DNA of 64,000 bases from Oceanispirochaeta sp. Lineage in GTDB: Bacteria > Spirochaetota > Spirochaetia > DSM-2461. Positions within the stretch are counted from its first letter, which is position 1. Every line of letters starts with the position of its first letter. Shown here piece by piece: positions 1-9,208 of the stretch. The notes under the pieces were generated by a model, which did not search any database, was not told the DNA's origin, and worked only from the letters and a program-made list of their open reading frames with translations. Made by a program: the position numbers and the translations under genes. The stretch spans positions 1,600,001 to 1,664,000 of the forward strand of contig CAXXXD010000002.1 of assembly GCA_963663385.2 (NCBI GenBank), written 5' to 3'.

Positions 1-38
1 GTTTTGGCTTTTCCATGCTGTACCAGGTAGAGTTTCAT
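1..38 (-). CDS. 5' end of a histidine phosphatase (SixA-like) gene, truncated by the window edge
   Basis: Minus strand reads ATG at 38 then MKLYLVQHGKAK, preceded by a purine-rich RBS (AGGGGGA). LYLVxHG is the N-terminal histidine phosphatase motif. Confidence 0.55.
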   Translation of the reverse strand, partial: MKLYLVQHGKAK

Positions 39-154
39 ATGTATCCCCCTGTTTTTATCATAGGGTAAATAAGCAGTCACTGCACGGAAATTCTATTGGA
101 GAAGCAGATGCGGGTATTTAGGGCAGTTCAGTCTATCAGGTATTTTCTTAAAAC

Positions 155-961
155 TCATTTATTTACTTTTACAGCTAATTTGAGCACGTACTCTTCCGGT
201 CTGCTGACGCCGTAATCCCCGATAACGATTTCTTCAAAAATCCATTTGTCCAGGGTAAGATGATTTTCTTCAGCATAGGTAAATATTTTTTTATGAGTAT
301 CTCTTAATTTTTCATACCCGCCTGTATGGTAGGTAACCAGATAGTCTCCCTCAGGCTTTATCATGGTTGCATTATTATCATGACTCAAACCATGTACATA
401 AAAGTGATAGTGTTTTTTTTCTTCTCCAATTTTCAAATCCTGAATACGCCGTATCATGCCGGATGGAAAAATATACCCATTTTCCCTTACGGATGTTACA
501 AGATTCCCGAATACACTGGTCATTTTGTAATCATCGGCCTCTTGCATAGGGGCTGACAGTACTAAAACTGCTTCGGGCTCTCTGGCAATAAAAACAGGAT
601 TTTCGGTACTAAGCGCCTTTTCAGCACTTCTGCACAAATAGTTCAGATTTTGCTTTATCTGTTGTAACTCTTTAATCTTTTTATCTATGACTGCCGTCTG
701 ATCTGTAAATAATTCAATCATCTTCCGGGGGCTACGATTTTCTAGATACCCTTCTATTTCTTTAAGAGACATACCGGTAAGCTTCAACTGGGCAATTGTA
801 CAAAATGTATCATATTGAAGAATATCATAGTATCGGTAGCCTTTTTCATCCGTATAGGCCGGCAGAAATATCCCGATATCTTCATAATGGAACAGGGTAT
901 GTTTCGTTATATTGCATAATCTGGCAAAGGCTCCGGTTGTTAACAGATTATTTTTCTTCAT
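155..961 (-). CDS. MerR-family (BltR/BmrR-like) transcriptional regulator with C-terminal GyrI-like effector domain
   Basis: N-terminal LTTGAFARLCNITKHTLFHYEDIGIFLP...GYRYY MerR HTH; 268 aa. Confidence 0.9.
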   Translation of the reverse strand: MKKNNLLTTGAFARLCNITKHTLFHYEDIGIFLPAYTDEKGYRYYDILQYDTFCTIAQLKLTGMSLKEIEGYLENRSPRKMIELFTDQTAVIDKKIKELQQIKQNLNYLCRSAEKALSTENPVFIAREPEAVLVLSAPMQEADDYKMTSVFGNLVTSVRENGYIFPSGMIRRIQDLKIGEEKKHYHFYVHGLSHDNNATMIKPEGDYLVTYHTGGYEKLRDTHKKIFTYAEENHLTLDKWIFEEIVIGDYGVSRPEEYVLKLAVKVNK

Positions 962-975
962 ATATTAAATCCTTC

Positions 976-1006
976 TTGACTGTCGGGTAACCCTATACAT
1001 TATCTT
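976..1006 (+). promoter_or_regulatory. MerR-type promoter with 19-bp spacer and dyad operator
   Basis: TTGACT (976-981), 19 nt containing GGGT-A-ACCC, then TATCTT (1001-1006). Lies between the divergent MerR and flavoprotein genes. Confidence 0.75.
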
Positions 1007-1042
1007 GCTTTTATTATGAAGAAACAAGATTGGAGTTATAAT

Positions 1043-1630
1043 ATGAAAGTCACTTTTATCATCGGAAGTCCCAGGAAAGAGGGAAATACTGCAACAATTG
1101 TAAAAAAACTGGCAGAGCAGCTGAAAGATAATATGAATTGTGAAATTATCTATTTATCAGATCATAAATTAAATGGGTGTACAGGGTGTTCTCATTGTCA
1201 GGGCGTTATGGAAGATCTCGGCTGTATAAAAGATGATGATATAGATAAACTTTTGCGGAAAATTCTCATTTCTGATGCCGTTATTTATTGTACGCCCCTG
1301 TACGGTCATTCCTATTCCGGTCAGCTGAAGCTGTTTCTGGACAGGCACGTTGCCTTATTCAAGTTTATAGAGGGTAAAAGCAATTCTGTTGATAAAATGG
1401 AAATACACTCATTTATAGAAGATAAGAAAATCGGGCTGCTTGTCTCCTGCCAGGGGCCGGAGGAAGATAACACGGAGCTGATTAAAGCACAATTTGATAA
1501 ACTGTGTGAATCATCTTTAGCCCGCTGTTTGGGAAAGTACATTTTTCCATTATGTTCACCCGAAAAATATAATTCCTCTTATTCTGATGATACTCTCCGG
1601 AAAATTCAAAATGATATCCTCAGTATATAA
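1043..1630 (+). CDS. Flavodoxin-fold NADPH-dependent FMN reductase / iron-sulfur flavoprotein family protein
   Basis: GSPRKEGNT motif and CTGCSHC...C cysteine cluster; GGAG RBS before ATG 1043. Confidence 0.85.
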   Translation: MKVTFIIGSPRKEGNTATIVKKLAEQLKDNMNCEIIYLSDHKLNGCTGCSHCQGVMEDLGCIKDDDIDKLLRKILISDAVIYCTPLYGHSYSGQLKLFLDRHVALFKFIEGKSNSVDKMEIHSFIEDKKIGLLVSCQGPEEDNTELIKAQFDKLCESSLARCLGKYIFPLCSPEKYNSSYSDDTLRKIQNDILSI

Positions 1631-1691
1631 ACGGGGCGGGATTTTCCAAAGCTGATGCGACTCCGTTTCGCCTGTCACGATCTGACGGAAG

Positions 1692-1730
1692 ACCGGTATT
1701 CCCGGCTCTCAGCGAGTCGGAAATACCGGT
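1692..1730. terminator. Long hairpin between convergent genes
   Basis: ACCGGTATTCCCGGCTC...GAGTCGGAAATACCGGT imperfect inverted repeat. Confidence 0.55.
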
Positions 1731-1765
1731 ACGGCAGTCTCTCTGTCTTTTACGGAAGCAATCTA

Positions 1766-4258
1766 TTAATAAGTATTACGCAAAGAGCGGACTGCTATAT
1801 CCTTCAGACTTTTATCCGCTTCCGGACCGTGTACGATCCGGATCTCCCGGGTCTCACCGGGAGCCAGGTCAAAATAGTTATCCGAAAAGATCCGGTCCCT
1901 CCCTTTAAGCTCCGTATACAGTGAAGCCCTTTGTGAGGATACCTCGATAATTCTGCCGTCGGAATCTTTTTTTACCCGGCAGGAGATCTCCGGTTCCGGA
2001 AGATTCAGGTACTTCCAGGGCAGAAAATAGTGGCAGGTTCTAAAAGACTCTCCCGACCTCTCATCCCGGAATTCCGCTCTGACCATGCAGTCCCTTTTTT
2101 CTTCGCTTCCTATTCCCCTGATGACCTCCCGGGAGATTTCATGGACAAGGTGACTGGAGAAAGGTTCCGTCCCGACAGTTTTCTTCTCTCCATAGAGTAC
2201 TTCCCCGGTGGTCATATGCAATATCCGGACAGTCAGAGTTCCTTCTGTTCCTTCAAATGATTCGCATGAGAGATGTACGGCGCAGCTTTCCTCATCCCCG
2301 TCGATGGACAGGAGAATATTGTGATAACTTCGTTTTGCTTCGTAGTGAAGCATCTTCCACCTTCCGTAGTAGTCCACACTGGACCAGGAGGCAACCGGCC
2401 AGTTGTCGTTCAGCTGCCAGTACACAGCCCCCATACAGCGACCCCGGTTACGCCGCCAGTGCTGCACCCCCGCTTTTATCGCTTCGCTCTGACTTATCTG
2501 GGAAACATAGGCCAGATGGTCCAGAGAGGAGGGGTAGCGGTAGTATTTGGAAAGATAGGCCAGGATCTTGGGATTTCCTCCGATCCTTTTCTGATGTTCT
2601 TCCATGACGGGGGAGAAGAGGTTTCTGTCCTCAGGCAGGGTGAACGACTCTATTGTTTCGATACAGGGGAGGGACTCGAATCCGAATTCCGACATAAAAC
2701 GAAAGTAGTGGTTTTTATACTCCGTATAATCCTTGTTACTGTGCCATACCTCCCAGAAGTGACAGTCTCCCCGGTTCGGATCATTGGGTTCTTCGAAGTA
2801 GCCCGTCGAAGAGGGGGAGGAGGGCCAGTAGAACAGCTCCGGGCAGATCCTCTGATGGATTTCGGGAATTATCACATGGTACTGTTTGAGGTACTCGAAC
2901 TCCTGTTCCCTGGTCTGTACAAACCGGTCCCAGTTGACGAAGGCCCATTCCATCTCGTTGTTTCCGCAAATCAGTCCGATACAGGGGTGATGACGGATCC
3001 TCCTCAGATTATCCTCTATTTCGCAGGTGATCTCCTGTATAAACGAGTCCTCCCTGACATCGTATATGGCACAGGCAAACATCAGATCCTGCCAGACGAT
3101 AAGACCATAACGGTCGCAGAGGTCGTAGAACTCATCATCCGGATAGACGCCCCCTCCCCAGACCCGCAGGGTATTGAAATTGGCTTCGGCACAGTCTCTG
3201 ACAAGACGCTCCCGCTCTGCAGCTGAAGTCCTCCTGAGGAATACGTCCTCGGGAATGTAGTTCGCCCCTCGGGAGAAGACAGGCTGACCGTTTATTGTAA
3301 AGTGAAAGGTTTCGCCCCACTCATCAGGAAGCTGCTCTACCGTCAAGGTCCGCAGTCCGATTGTCCGTTCTGTCTGATCCAGCCGGTTCCCCTCCGAATC
3401 CGCAAGTAGAATCTCCACGCGATAGAGGGGCTGTTCCCCCAGGCCGTTGATCCACCAGAGGCGGGGATTGTCAATCCGGATCTTTCCTTCCCAGTTTACG
3501 TCCCCGGCAGTGAAATCTTTCTGCAGAGTGTGAATCAGTTCCCCTTCAGGATCGTAGATCCGGCACTCGGCCGTGGCGGATGCCATGGCGAGATGCCCGA
3601 TGGAGCTGAACAGGGTCAGATCTACTGCTCCCTTTTCGTGTTTCTGAGTGATATAAAAGTCTGTAATCCGGGCGGTTTCATAACGGCAGAGCCGGATATC
3701 CCGCCATATCCCCAGATCCGGCACCTGGGGACCCCAGTCCCATCCGTAGCTGCAGTGGCTTTTGCGGATCATCTCGAATCCCTCCACTGTTGTCACGCCG
3801 TCATCCCCGTCGATCCAGAGAGGGCGTCGTTTGTGTTCTTTCCTGATAAAATCCAGGGAGTTGCGGAACAGAATCTCAATACTGTTTTCTCCCTCTGTCA
3901 GAAAGGAACGGACCGGGAAGGCATACTGCCGATGCATATTGGCGGTTTTACCAACGAGCCGGCCGTTCAGGCGGATTTCGCACAGCGTATCCAGCCCGTC
4001 TGCCTCCAGACAGATTTCCGAATGATCTTCCCCTGTCAGCCAGTCGGAGGGAAGGTCAAATCTGCGATAGTATACATAGTCCCGATCCGCCAGAGAGATG
4101 GAACGCCTGTTATTTTCCCGGAAGAAGAGGCCTTCCTCTCCGTAGCAGCCCTGTTTCTCCATCTCTTCCAGAAGAGACCCCGGAACGGTTCCCCTCAGTT
4201 TTAATTCTCCGTCGATGGAGCGGATATCCCACTCTCCTGTCAGCGGAATTCTTTTCAT
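1766..4258 (-). CDS. GH2 beta-mannosidase-like glycoside hydrolase
   Basis: GWDWGP, RGANYIP, LRVWGGG, WQDLMFAC, CGNNE, FMSEFG and WQLNDNWP motifs. Confidence 0.9.
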   Translation of the reverse strand: MKRIPLTGEWDIRSIDGELKLRGTVPGSLLEEMEKQGCYGEEGLFFRENNRRSISLADRDYVYYRRFDLPSDWLTGEDHSEICLEADGLDTLCEIRLNGRLVGKTANMHRQYAFPVRSFLTEGENSIEILFRNSLDFIRKEHKRRPLWIDGDDGVTTVEGFEMIRKSHCSYGWDWGPQVPDLGIWRDIRLCRYETARITDFYITQKHEKGAVDLTLFSSIGHLAMASATAECRIYDPEGELIHTLQKDFTAGDVNWEGKIRIDNPRLWWINGLGEQPLYRVEILLADSEGNRLDQTERTIGLRTLTVEQLPDEWGETFHFTINGQPVFSRGANYIPEDVFLRRTSAAERERLVRDCAEANFNTLRVWGGGVYPDDEFYDLCDRYGLIVWQDLMFACAIYDVREDSFIQEITCEIEDNLRRIRHHPCIGLICGNNEMEWAFVNWDRFVQTREQEFEYLKQYHVIIPEIHQRICPELFYWPSSPSSTGYFEEPNDPNRGDCHFWEVWHSNKDYTEYKNHYFRFMSEFGFESLPCIETIESFTLPEDRNLFSPVMEEHQKRIGGNPKILAYLSKYYRYPSSLDHLAYVSQISQSEAIKAGVQHWRRNRGRCMGAVYWQLNDNWPVASWSSVDYYGRWKMLHYEAKRSYHNILLSIDGDEESCAVHLSCESFEGTEGTLTVRILHMTTGEVLYGEKKTVGTEPFSSHLVHEISREVIRGIGSEEKRDCMVRAEFRDERSGESFRTCHYFLPWKYLNLPEPEISCRVKKDSDGRIIEVSSQRASLYTELKGRDRIFSDNYFDLAPGETREIRIVHGPEADKSLKDIAVRSLRNTY

Positions 4259-4318
4259 AATCTGTTTCTCCCCGGAATAATCGATCTATCGGGCGGCTGT
4301 TCCGCCCCGAAAGCGGTT

Positions 4319-5173
4319 TTATCCCTTCACCGATCCCTCGGTCATTCCTTTGATGATTTTCCTGTTGAATCCCAGGTAGATTCCGATAATCGGCAGTGTA
4401 GCGATCACTATCCCTGCCATTTGCAGGGGATAATCCGTGGAGTACTCGCCCTTGAAACTTACCAGCCCCAGAGGGATGGTTTTCAGTTTCTGACTGTTGA
4501 TCAGCACCAGTGCAAAGGGGTACTCATTCCAGTTTGATATAAAGGCAAGAAGCGCTACTGCAACAATAACCGGTTTGGCACAGGGGAAGATAATAGAGAA
4601 CATGGTTCTCAGAATCCCGCTTCCCTCCATAAAGGCCGCTTCATCCAGATCTTTGGGAATTCCGCGAATATATCCCTCGATAAGAAAGAGGGAAAAAGGC
4701 AGATTAAAAGCCACATAGGGAAAAATCAGAGTCATCCGGGTATTGAATAGTCCCATGGCTTTGAACTGAATAAACACCGGAACCAGTAGAGCATGAATGG
4801 GAATCAGCATACCGAACAGAAAGAGATAGTAAATAACCCTGTTGCCCCGGAAAGGGAACCGGGCCAGCAGATAGGCGATGGTAAAGGCGATCAGTACCAC
4901 AAGCCCCATCGAAAAAATGGCATTGAAGGCACTGTTCAGTGAGAGCAGCCCCAGATTGGCTGAGGTAAAAGCTCTGACATAATTGCTGAATTGAGGGACC
5001 TTCGGGAAACTGAAGATATCCTGGCTGAATTCCCGGTTTGTCTTAAGGGAAGAGTAGCCCAGCCAGATTACCGGAAAAATACAGGAGAGGGAAATCAGCC
5101 ACACAATCCCGTTCAGGAATGAAACCCGCCCTTTTTTTATAATCTTTATGACCGGATCAGAATTGTTCTTCAT
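4319..5173 (-). CDS. Carbohydrate ABC transporter permease (MalG-like)
   Basis: Six TM segments; EAA loop LDEAAFMEGS. Confidence 0.9.
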   Translation of the reverse strand: MKNNSDPVIKIIKKGRVSFLNGIVWLISLSCIFPVIWLGYSSLKTNREFSQDIFSFPKVPQFSNYVRAFTSANLGLLSLNSAFNAIFSMGLVVLIAFTIAYLLARFPFRGNRVIYYLFLFGMLIPIHALLVPVFIQFKAMGLFNTRMTLIFPYVAFNLPFSLFLIEGYIRGIPKDLDEAAFMEGSGILRTMFSIIFPCAKPVIVAVALLAFISNWNEYPFALVLINSQKLKTIPLGLVSFKGEYSTDYPLQMAGIVIATLPIIGIYLGFNRKIIKGMTEGSVKG

Positions 5174-6053
5174 TTTTACTCCTCATAATTGACCGGGATC
5201 CCATAATAATCAGCATACTGATCAGCAGGATGCCGATAGAGGCGGCGCTTCCGTAACCCAGTTTGTATTTTACAAAAGAATTCCGGTAGGCATACATGGC
5301 CATTACCATGGAACTGTTTCCCGGCCCGCCTGAAGTCATAATCAGGATATGGGTGAATATCTTCATACTGCCGGAAATACACATCATAACGCAGACAATT
5401 ATTGTGTTTTTTACCAGGGGGTAGACTATATAGACCAGTTTCCGCCAGCCTACAGCTGCGTCAAGATCAGCCGATTCGAAAATCTCCCTGGGGATGGCGG
5501 TAATACCGGACGCGATAATTACCATATAGTAGCCGATATACTGCCAGACAATGGGGGCACAGACTGAATAAATGACAATTTTCGGATCATCCAGCCAGGG
5601 TTTAATAAGAGAATCCAGCTTTACCCCTCTCAGGATGAAATTAAGGAGACCGTACTCACGGCTGTAAACCATAGTCCAGATAAAACCTATAATAATGGCC
5701 GCCAGAACCACCGGAAAGAATATTACAGACCGGTGAAATCCCTTGAACCGGATATCTCTAGTAGTAAAGAGAGTCGCCAGAATCAGAGCTATTCCAACCT
5801 GTCCGACAATACTGATCAGTCCGATCAGAAGGTTGTTTTTCAGGGCACCCCAGAAAAGGGGGTCTGAAAACAGGAACTTATAGTTATCCAGGCCGGTGAA
5901 GGATCGCTCAATGCCTCCCGACCATTTGAAAAAACTCAAACCCAAAGCATTGATAATGGGAAAAAAGGCAATTCCCGCATACAGGATCACTCCGGGAGCC
6001 AGCAGCATTATAAGGACGGACTTCCGGGGATACAGGGCACTTTTCGTGTTCAT
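5157..6053 (-). CDS. Carbohydrate ABC transporter permease (MalF-like)
   Basis: TM segments, IFESADLDAA loop, TSGGPG; start set at ATG 6053 (GGAG RBS). Confidence 0.9.
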   Translation of the reverse strand: MNTKSALYPRKSVLIMLLAPGVILYAGIAFFPIINALGLSFFKWSGGIERSFTGLDNYKFLFSDPLFWGALKNNLLIGLISIVGQVGIALILATLFTTRDIRFKGFHRSVIFFPVVLAAIIIGFIWTMVYSREYGLLNFILRGVKLDSLIKPWLDDPKIVIYSVCAPIVWQYIGYYMVIIASGITAIPREIFESADLDAAVGWRKLVYIVYPLVKNTIIVCVMMCISGSMKIFTHILIMTSGGPGNSSMVMAMYAYRNSFVKYKLGYGSAASIGILLISMLIIMGSRSIMRSKNEEQF

Positions 6054-6129
6054 TGAAAACTCCGATGAGATAGATGTCCCTACTGATCCCGCAGGATCAG
6101 CAAAGCACATTTTCTTTTGAAATAAGGTC

Positions 6130-6159
6130 CCTCTGCCGGAACAGAATTTCCGGCAGAGG
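6130..6159 (-). terminator. Hairpin downstream of the binding-protein gene (mRNA stabiliser or attenuator)
   Basis: CCTCTGCCGGAA / TTCCGGCAGAGG 12-bp stem. Confidence 0.6.
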
Positions 6160-6176
6160 AAGAGAAAAGGGGAAGA

Positions 6177-7505
6177 TCAGTTACCCGAACGTTCGTACTC
6201 TTTCTGAACGTTTACAGCCAGAACTTCCGGTGTAACCTTTCCGATCAGAAGCATCTGCAGACCGCTGTTGAGGGTTTCGATCACCGCGGGATCCCAAACC
6301 AGATCATAGGTGGGAGCAGGTTGGAACCTGTTGACATAATCCAGGTATTTGATATTCAGATCCTGAAGGCCGCTTCTGTCAAAGTCTGTAACCTTCATGG
6401 AGGGAATTCTGCCGGTCTCTGAAAGTTTTACGGCATTATCCATATTGGAGAACAGTTTCAGGGCTGCGATGCACATATCCTTCTTTACTGTATTCTGTGC
6501 AACCGCGGCATTCACGCCGATTCCCCATCCGCAGGTACCGCCGGTGTTCAGGCTGTCCGAACCGGTCTGTCCCTGGATTTCAGGAAAGTCTGTTATATCG
6601 GTAGCTGCCAGAACTTCCGGCAGGGAGTTCTCGATTACGTGATTAACCGCCCATCCCCCTTCAATGAACATGGCAGCCTTTCCATTGTAATAGGCGGTTC
6701 GCTGCTGGGTGTATTCCACACTGTTCATATCGGAGTTGAATGCTCCGACTTCGGCCAGGTCCACCAGAACTTTCAGGGATTCGATAAACTTCGGGTTTGT
6801 GAAACTGGCACCGCTGCGGGCTGTTATACTGTCTGTCCATTCGGCTCCGGTCATCCGGTTTCCGATTGTGCTCAGATAGCAGCTTTCGGCTACCCAGTTG
6901 CTCTTGTTTCCCAGAGAGATGGGAGTATAACCTTTGGCGGCAATGGCTCCGATCATGGTTTTGAACTCTTCAAAATCTTCCGGGAATTCAGAGAAACCCG
7001 CTTCTTTCAGGATTTCCGTATTGTAGAATACTACATGAGTGGGACCGCCGCCTTCCAGGCCGATGGCGTAGACTGAACCGTCGACAGTGAAGTTTTTCAG
7101 GACCCCATCCTTGAAGGCTCCGCTCCAGGATGTATCGGCAGACATGATCTCATCCAGTGAGAGCAGGCGATTGTTGGTTACAAAATTATTTGTCCAGGAG
7201 CCTTTTACTTCAAACAGATCGGGGAGTTCATTGGCTGCAGCCAGAATCTGAGCTTTATCCTGATAGGCATCATGGGGAATATACTCAAACTCGATGGTAG
7301 CTTTCGGATAGGCCTTGGTCATCTCTTCCTGCATGGCGTACCAGGCATCGATCCGGGCGTCCTGATCCCGGTTGGCCAGATTATAAGTATGGATGGCTGT
7401 CAGGGTAACGGCTCCGTCCCCGGAGCTTCCGTTTTCACTCTGACCACCGGCGCACAGGGGCATGGCCAGCATCGCAGTCAGCAGTACAATCACAATTTTC
7501 TTCAT
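6177..7505 (-). CDS. Sugar ABC transporter extracellular solute-binding protein (family 1)
   Basis: Signal peptide followed by AGGQSE; ELPDLF and GKAAM motifs. Confidence 0.9.
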   Translation of the reverse strand: MKKIVIVLLTAMLAMPLCAGGQSENGSSGDGAVTLTAIHTYNLANRDQDARIDAWYAMQEEMTKAYPKATIEFEYIPHDAYQDKAQILAAANELPDLFEVKGSWTNNFVTNNRLLSLDEIMSADTSWSGAFKDGVLKNFTVDGSVYAIGLEGGGPTHVVFYNTEILKEAGFSEFPEDFEEFKTMIGAIAAKGYTPISLGNKSNWVAESCYLSTIGNRMTGAEWTDSITARSGASFTNPKFIESLKVLVDLAEVGAFNSDMNSVEYTQQRTAYYNGKAAMFIEGGWAVNHVIENSLPEVLAATDITDFPEIQGQTGSDSLNTGGTCGWGIGVNAAVAQNTVKKDMCIAALKLFSNMDNAVKLSETGRIPSMKVTDFDRSGLQDLNIKYLDYVNRFQPAPTYDLVWDPAVIETLNSGLQMLLIGKVTPEVLAVNVQKEYERSGN

Positions 7506-7645
7506 TTGTTCCTCCTTGTATCAGACAGCGTACAGCTGCCCTTTAAAACACTGTTCCATTGTGAGGGAGGGAATCCCCGCGGAACAGGGAACAAAATTGA
7601 TTCTTTATCCACATTTTTGTGTTTATCCGAATCTTTTCGCCTCTT

Positions 7646-9208
7646 TCAGTCGGAAAACAGATTTCTGCGGTATTCCATAGGGGAGATGCCTATATACCTT
7701 TTGAACTGCCTGGTGTAGTACTTGTAGTCACTGAATCCTGCCAGATCCGCCACATCATAGAGCTTCAGTTCAGGGCTGACCAGCAGTTCCCTGGAATACT
7801 CCACTCTGTAGCGGTTGACCCAGGGGACAAAATTGATCCCTGTGTCTTTTTTGAATACACGGGAAATATGGCTTTCGCTGGCTCTGGTGATTTCAGAAAT
7901 CCGGCTTAAGCTGATATCTTCCTTGAAATGGCTCTCGACATACCGGATAGCCTGAACAGTCAGAGGGGAGTATGTCTGTTCCATATGACTGATACACTGT
8001 TCTGCCAGTCTGTGGAAAACAGTCTCCGCTCCCTCCAGAATGAGTTTCCACGAATCCTGCGCTATGACAGCCCTGAAGGGGTCCCCCTCGGAGGCGGGTA
8101 TCCGGATGCCTTTCCGCTCTGCTTCTTTTCGGATCACAATATGCAGACGCCGGCAGAAACGGATATAGTCTTCCCGGGACTGATCGGCCAGAAGGCAACC
8201 GTGAAGCAGCTGGGCAGCCAGCTGGTTTGTTTCAGTATGGAGGGAATCAAACTGCCTGGTCATAAGATTTTCCGCTTCAGCCGGAGAGACCGGAGGGGGC
8301 AGAGTCCTGAGAAAACGCTCCCGTATTTCTTTATGGCTCTTATAGTGGATGACCCCCGGTCTGACTGAATACCGTCTGCAGGAAAAGGCTTCCAGAGCCT
8401 GCCTGTAGGAGGCGGCAAGACCCTCCAGTCCCGGTTCCACACCCCCTGCCGCTGTCAGGATATCCCTTTTCCTGATCTCTCTGAAAAACTGATCCGCCGG
8501 GGAATCCCCCCTGCCCGGAGAGGCATCCTTCCGAAACAGAATAACCAGGAACCCCAATCGGCCCTCCTGACAGACCGGAATAACGGGGAAGGAGGCCGGG
8601 ATATCGGGCAGACCGGCCGGATCATTTTTTCCGGATTCGGGAAAAATCATCAGAACCTGATAAGCCGTTTTGCCGGGAGGCACCAGGCCGGCCTGTTCCG
8701 CCCGATGACAGATCGCCCCGGTTTCCGGTTCCCTCTGTGCCAGATCCTCCAGAATCCTTTTTCGTATTTCATCCAGATTTTCGCTGATCATCTCCCGCAT
8801 CTGACAGGTGTTCCTGAGCTCCTCCGCCTGCTGTTCCAGAATCCGGACGGTTTTCTTCAGAACCTCCGTCAATTCTTCCTCTCCCACCGGTTTCAGAAGG
8901 TAATCCGCAACATTATATTTGATAGCCTGCCTTGCATATTCAAAATCCCCGTATCCTGTCAGAATTATCACCCGGCACTTGGGATAGCTGCGTTCCAGCT
9001 CTCCCGCCAGTTTCAGGCCGTCCATGCCGGGCATCCGGATATCGGTAATGACGATATCCGCCCCGATCTCTTCCATAAGGCTGAGGGCTTCAAATCCGTC
9101 GGATGCTTCTCCCGCCAGAGAGCAGCCCAACTCCTCCCAGGGGATGAAGGTGCGGATTCCCCTGCGGATGATCTGTTCGTCATCAACCAGCAGTACTTTC
9201 ATTCTCAC
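7646..9208 (-). CDS. Two-component response regulator, receiver plus AraC HTH (YesN-like)
   Basis: VLLVDDE...ITDIRMPGMDG receiver domain; C-terminal AraC HTH. Confidence 0.92.
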   Translation of the reverse strand: MRMKVLLVDDEQIIRRGIRTFIPWEELGCSLAGEASDGFEALSLMEEIGADIVITDIRMPGMDGLKLAGELERSYPKCRVIILTGYGDFEYARQAIKYNVADYLLKPVGEEELTEVLKKTVRILEQQAEELRNTCQMREMISENLDEIRKRILEDLAQREPETGAICHRAEQAGLVPPGKTAYQVLMIFPESGKNDPAGLPDIPASFPVIPVCQEGRLGFLVILFRKDASPGRGDSPADQFFREIRKRDILTAAGGVEPGLEGLAASYRQALEAFSCRRYSVRPGVIHYKSHKEIRERFLRTLPPPVSPAEAENLMTRQFDSLHTETNQLAAQLLHGCLLADQSREDYIRFCRRLHIVIRKEAERKGIRIPASEGDPFRAVIAQDSWKLILEGAETVFHRLAEQCISHMEQTYSPLTVQAIRYVESHFKEDISLSRISEITRASESHISRVFKKDTGINFVPWVNRYRVEYSRELLVSPELKLYDVADLAGFSDYKYYTRQFKRYIGISPMEYRRNLFSD

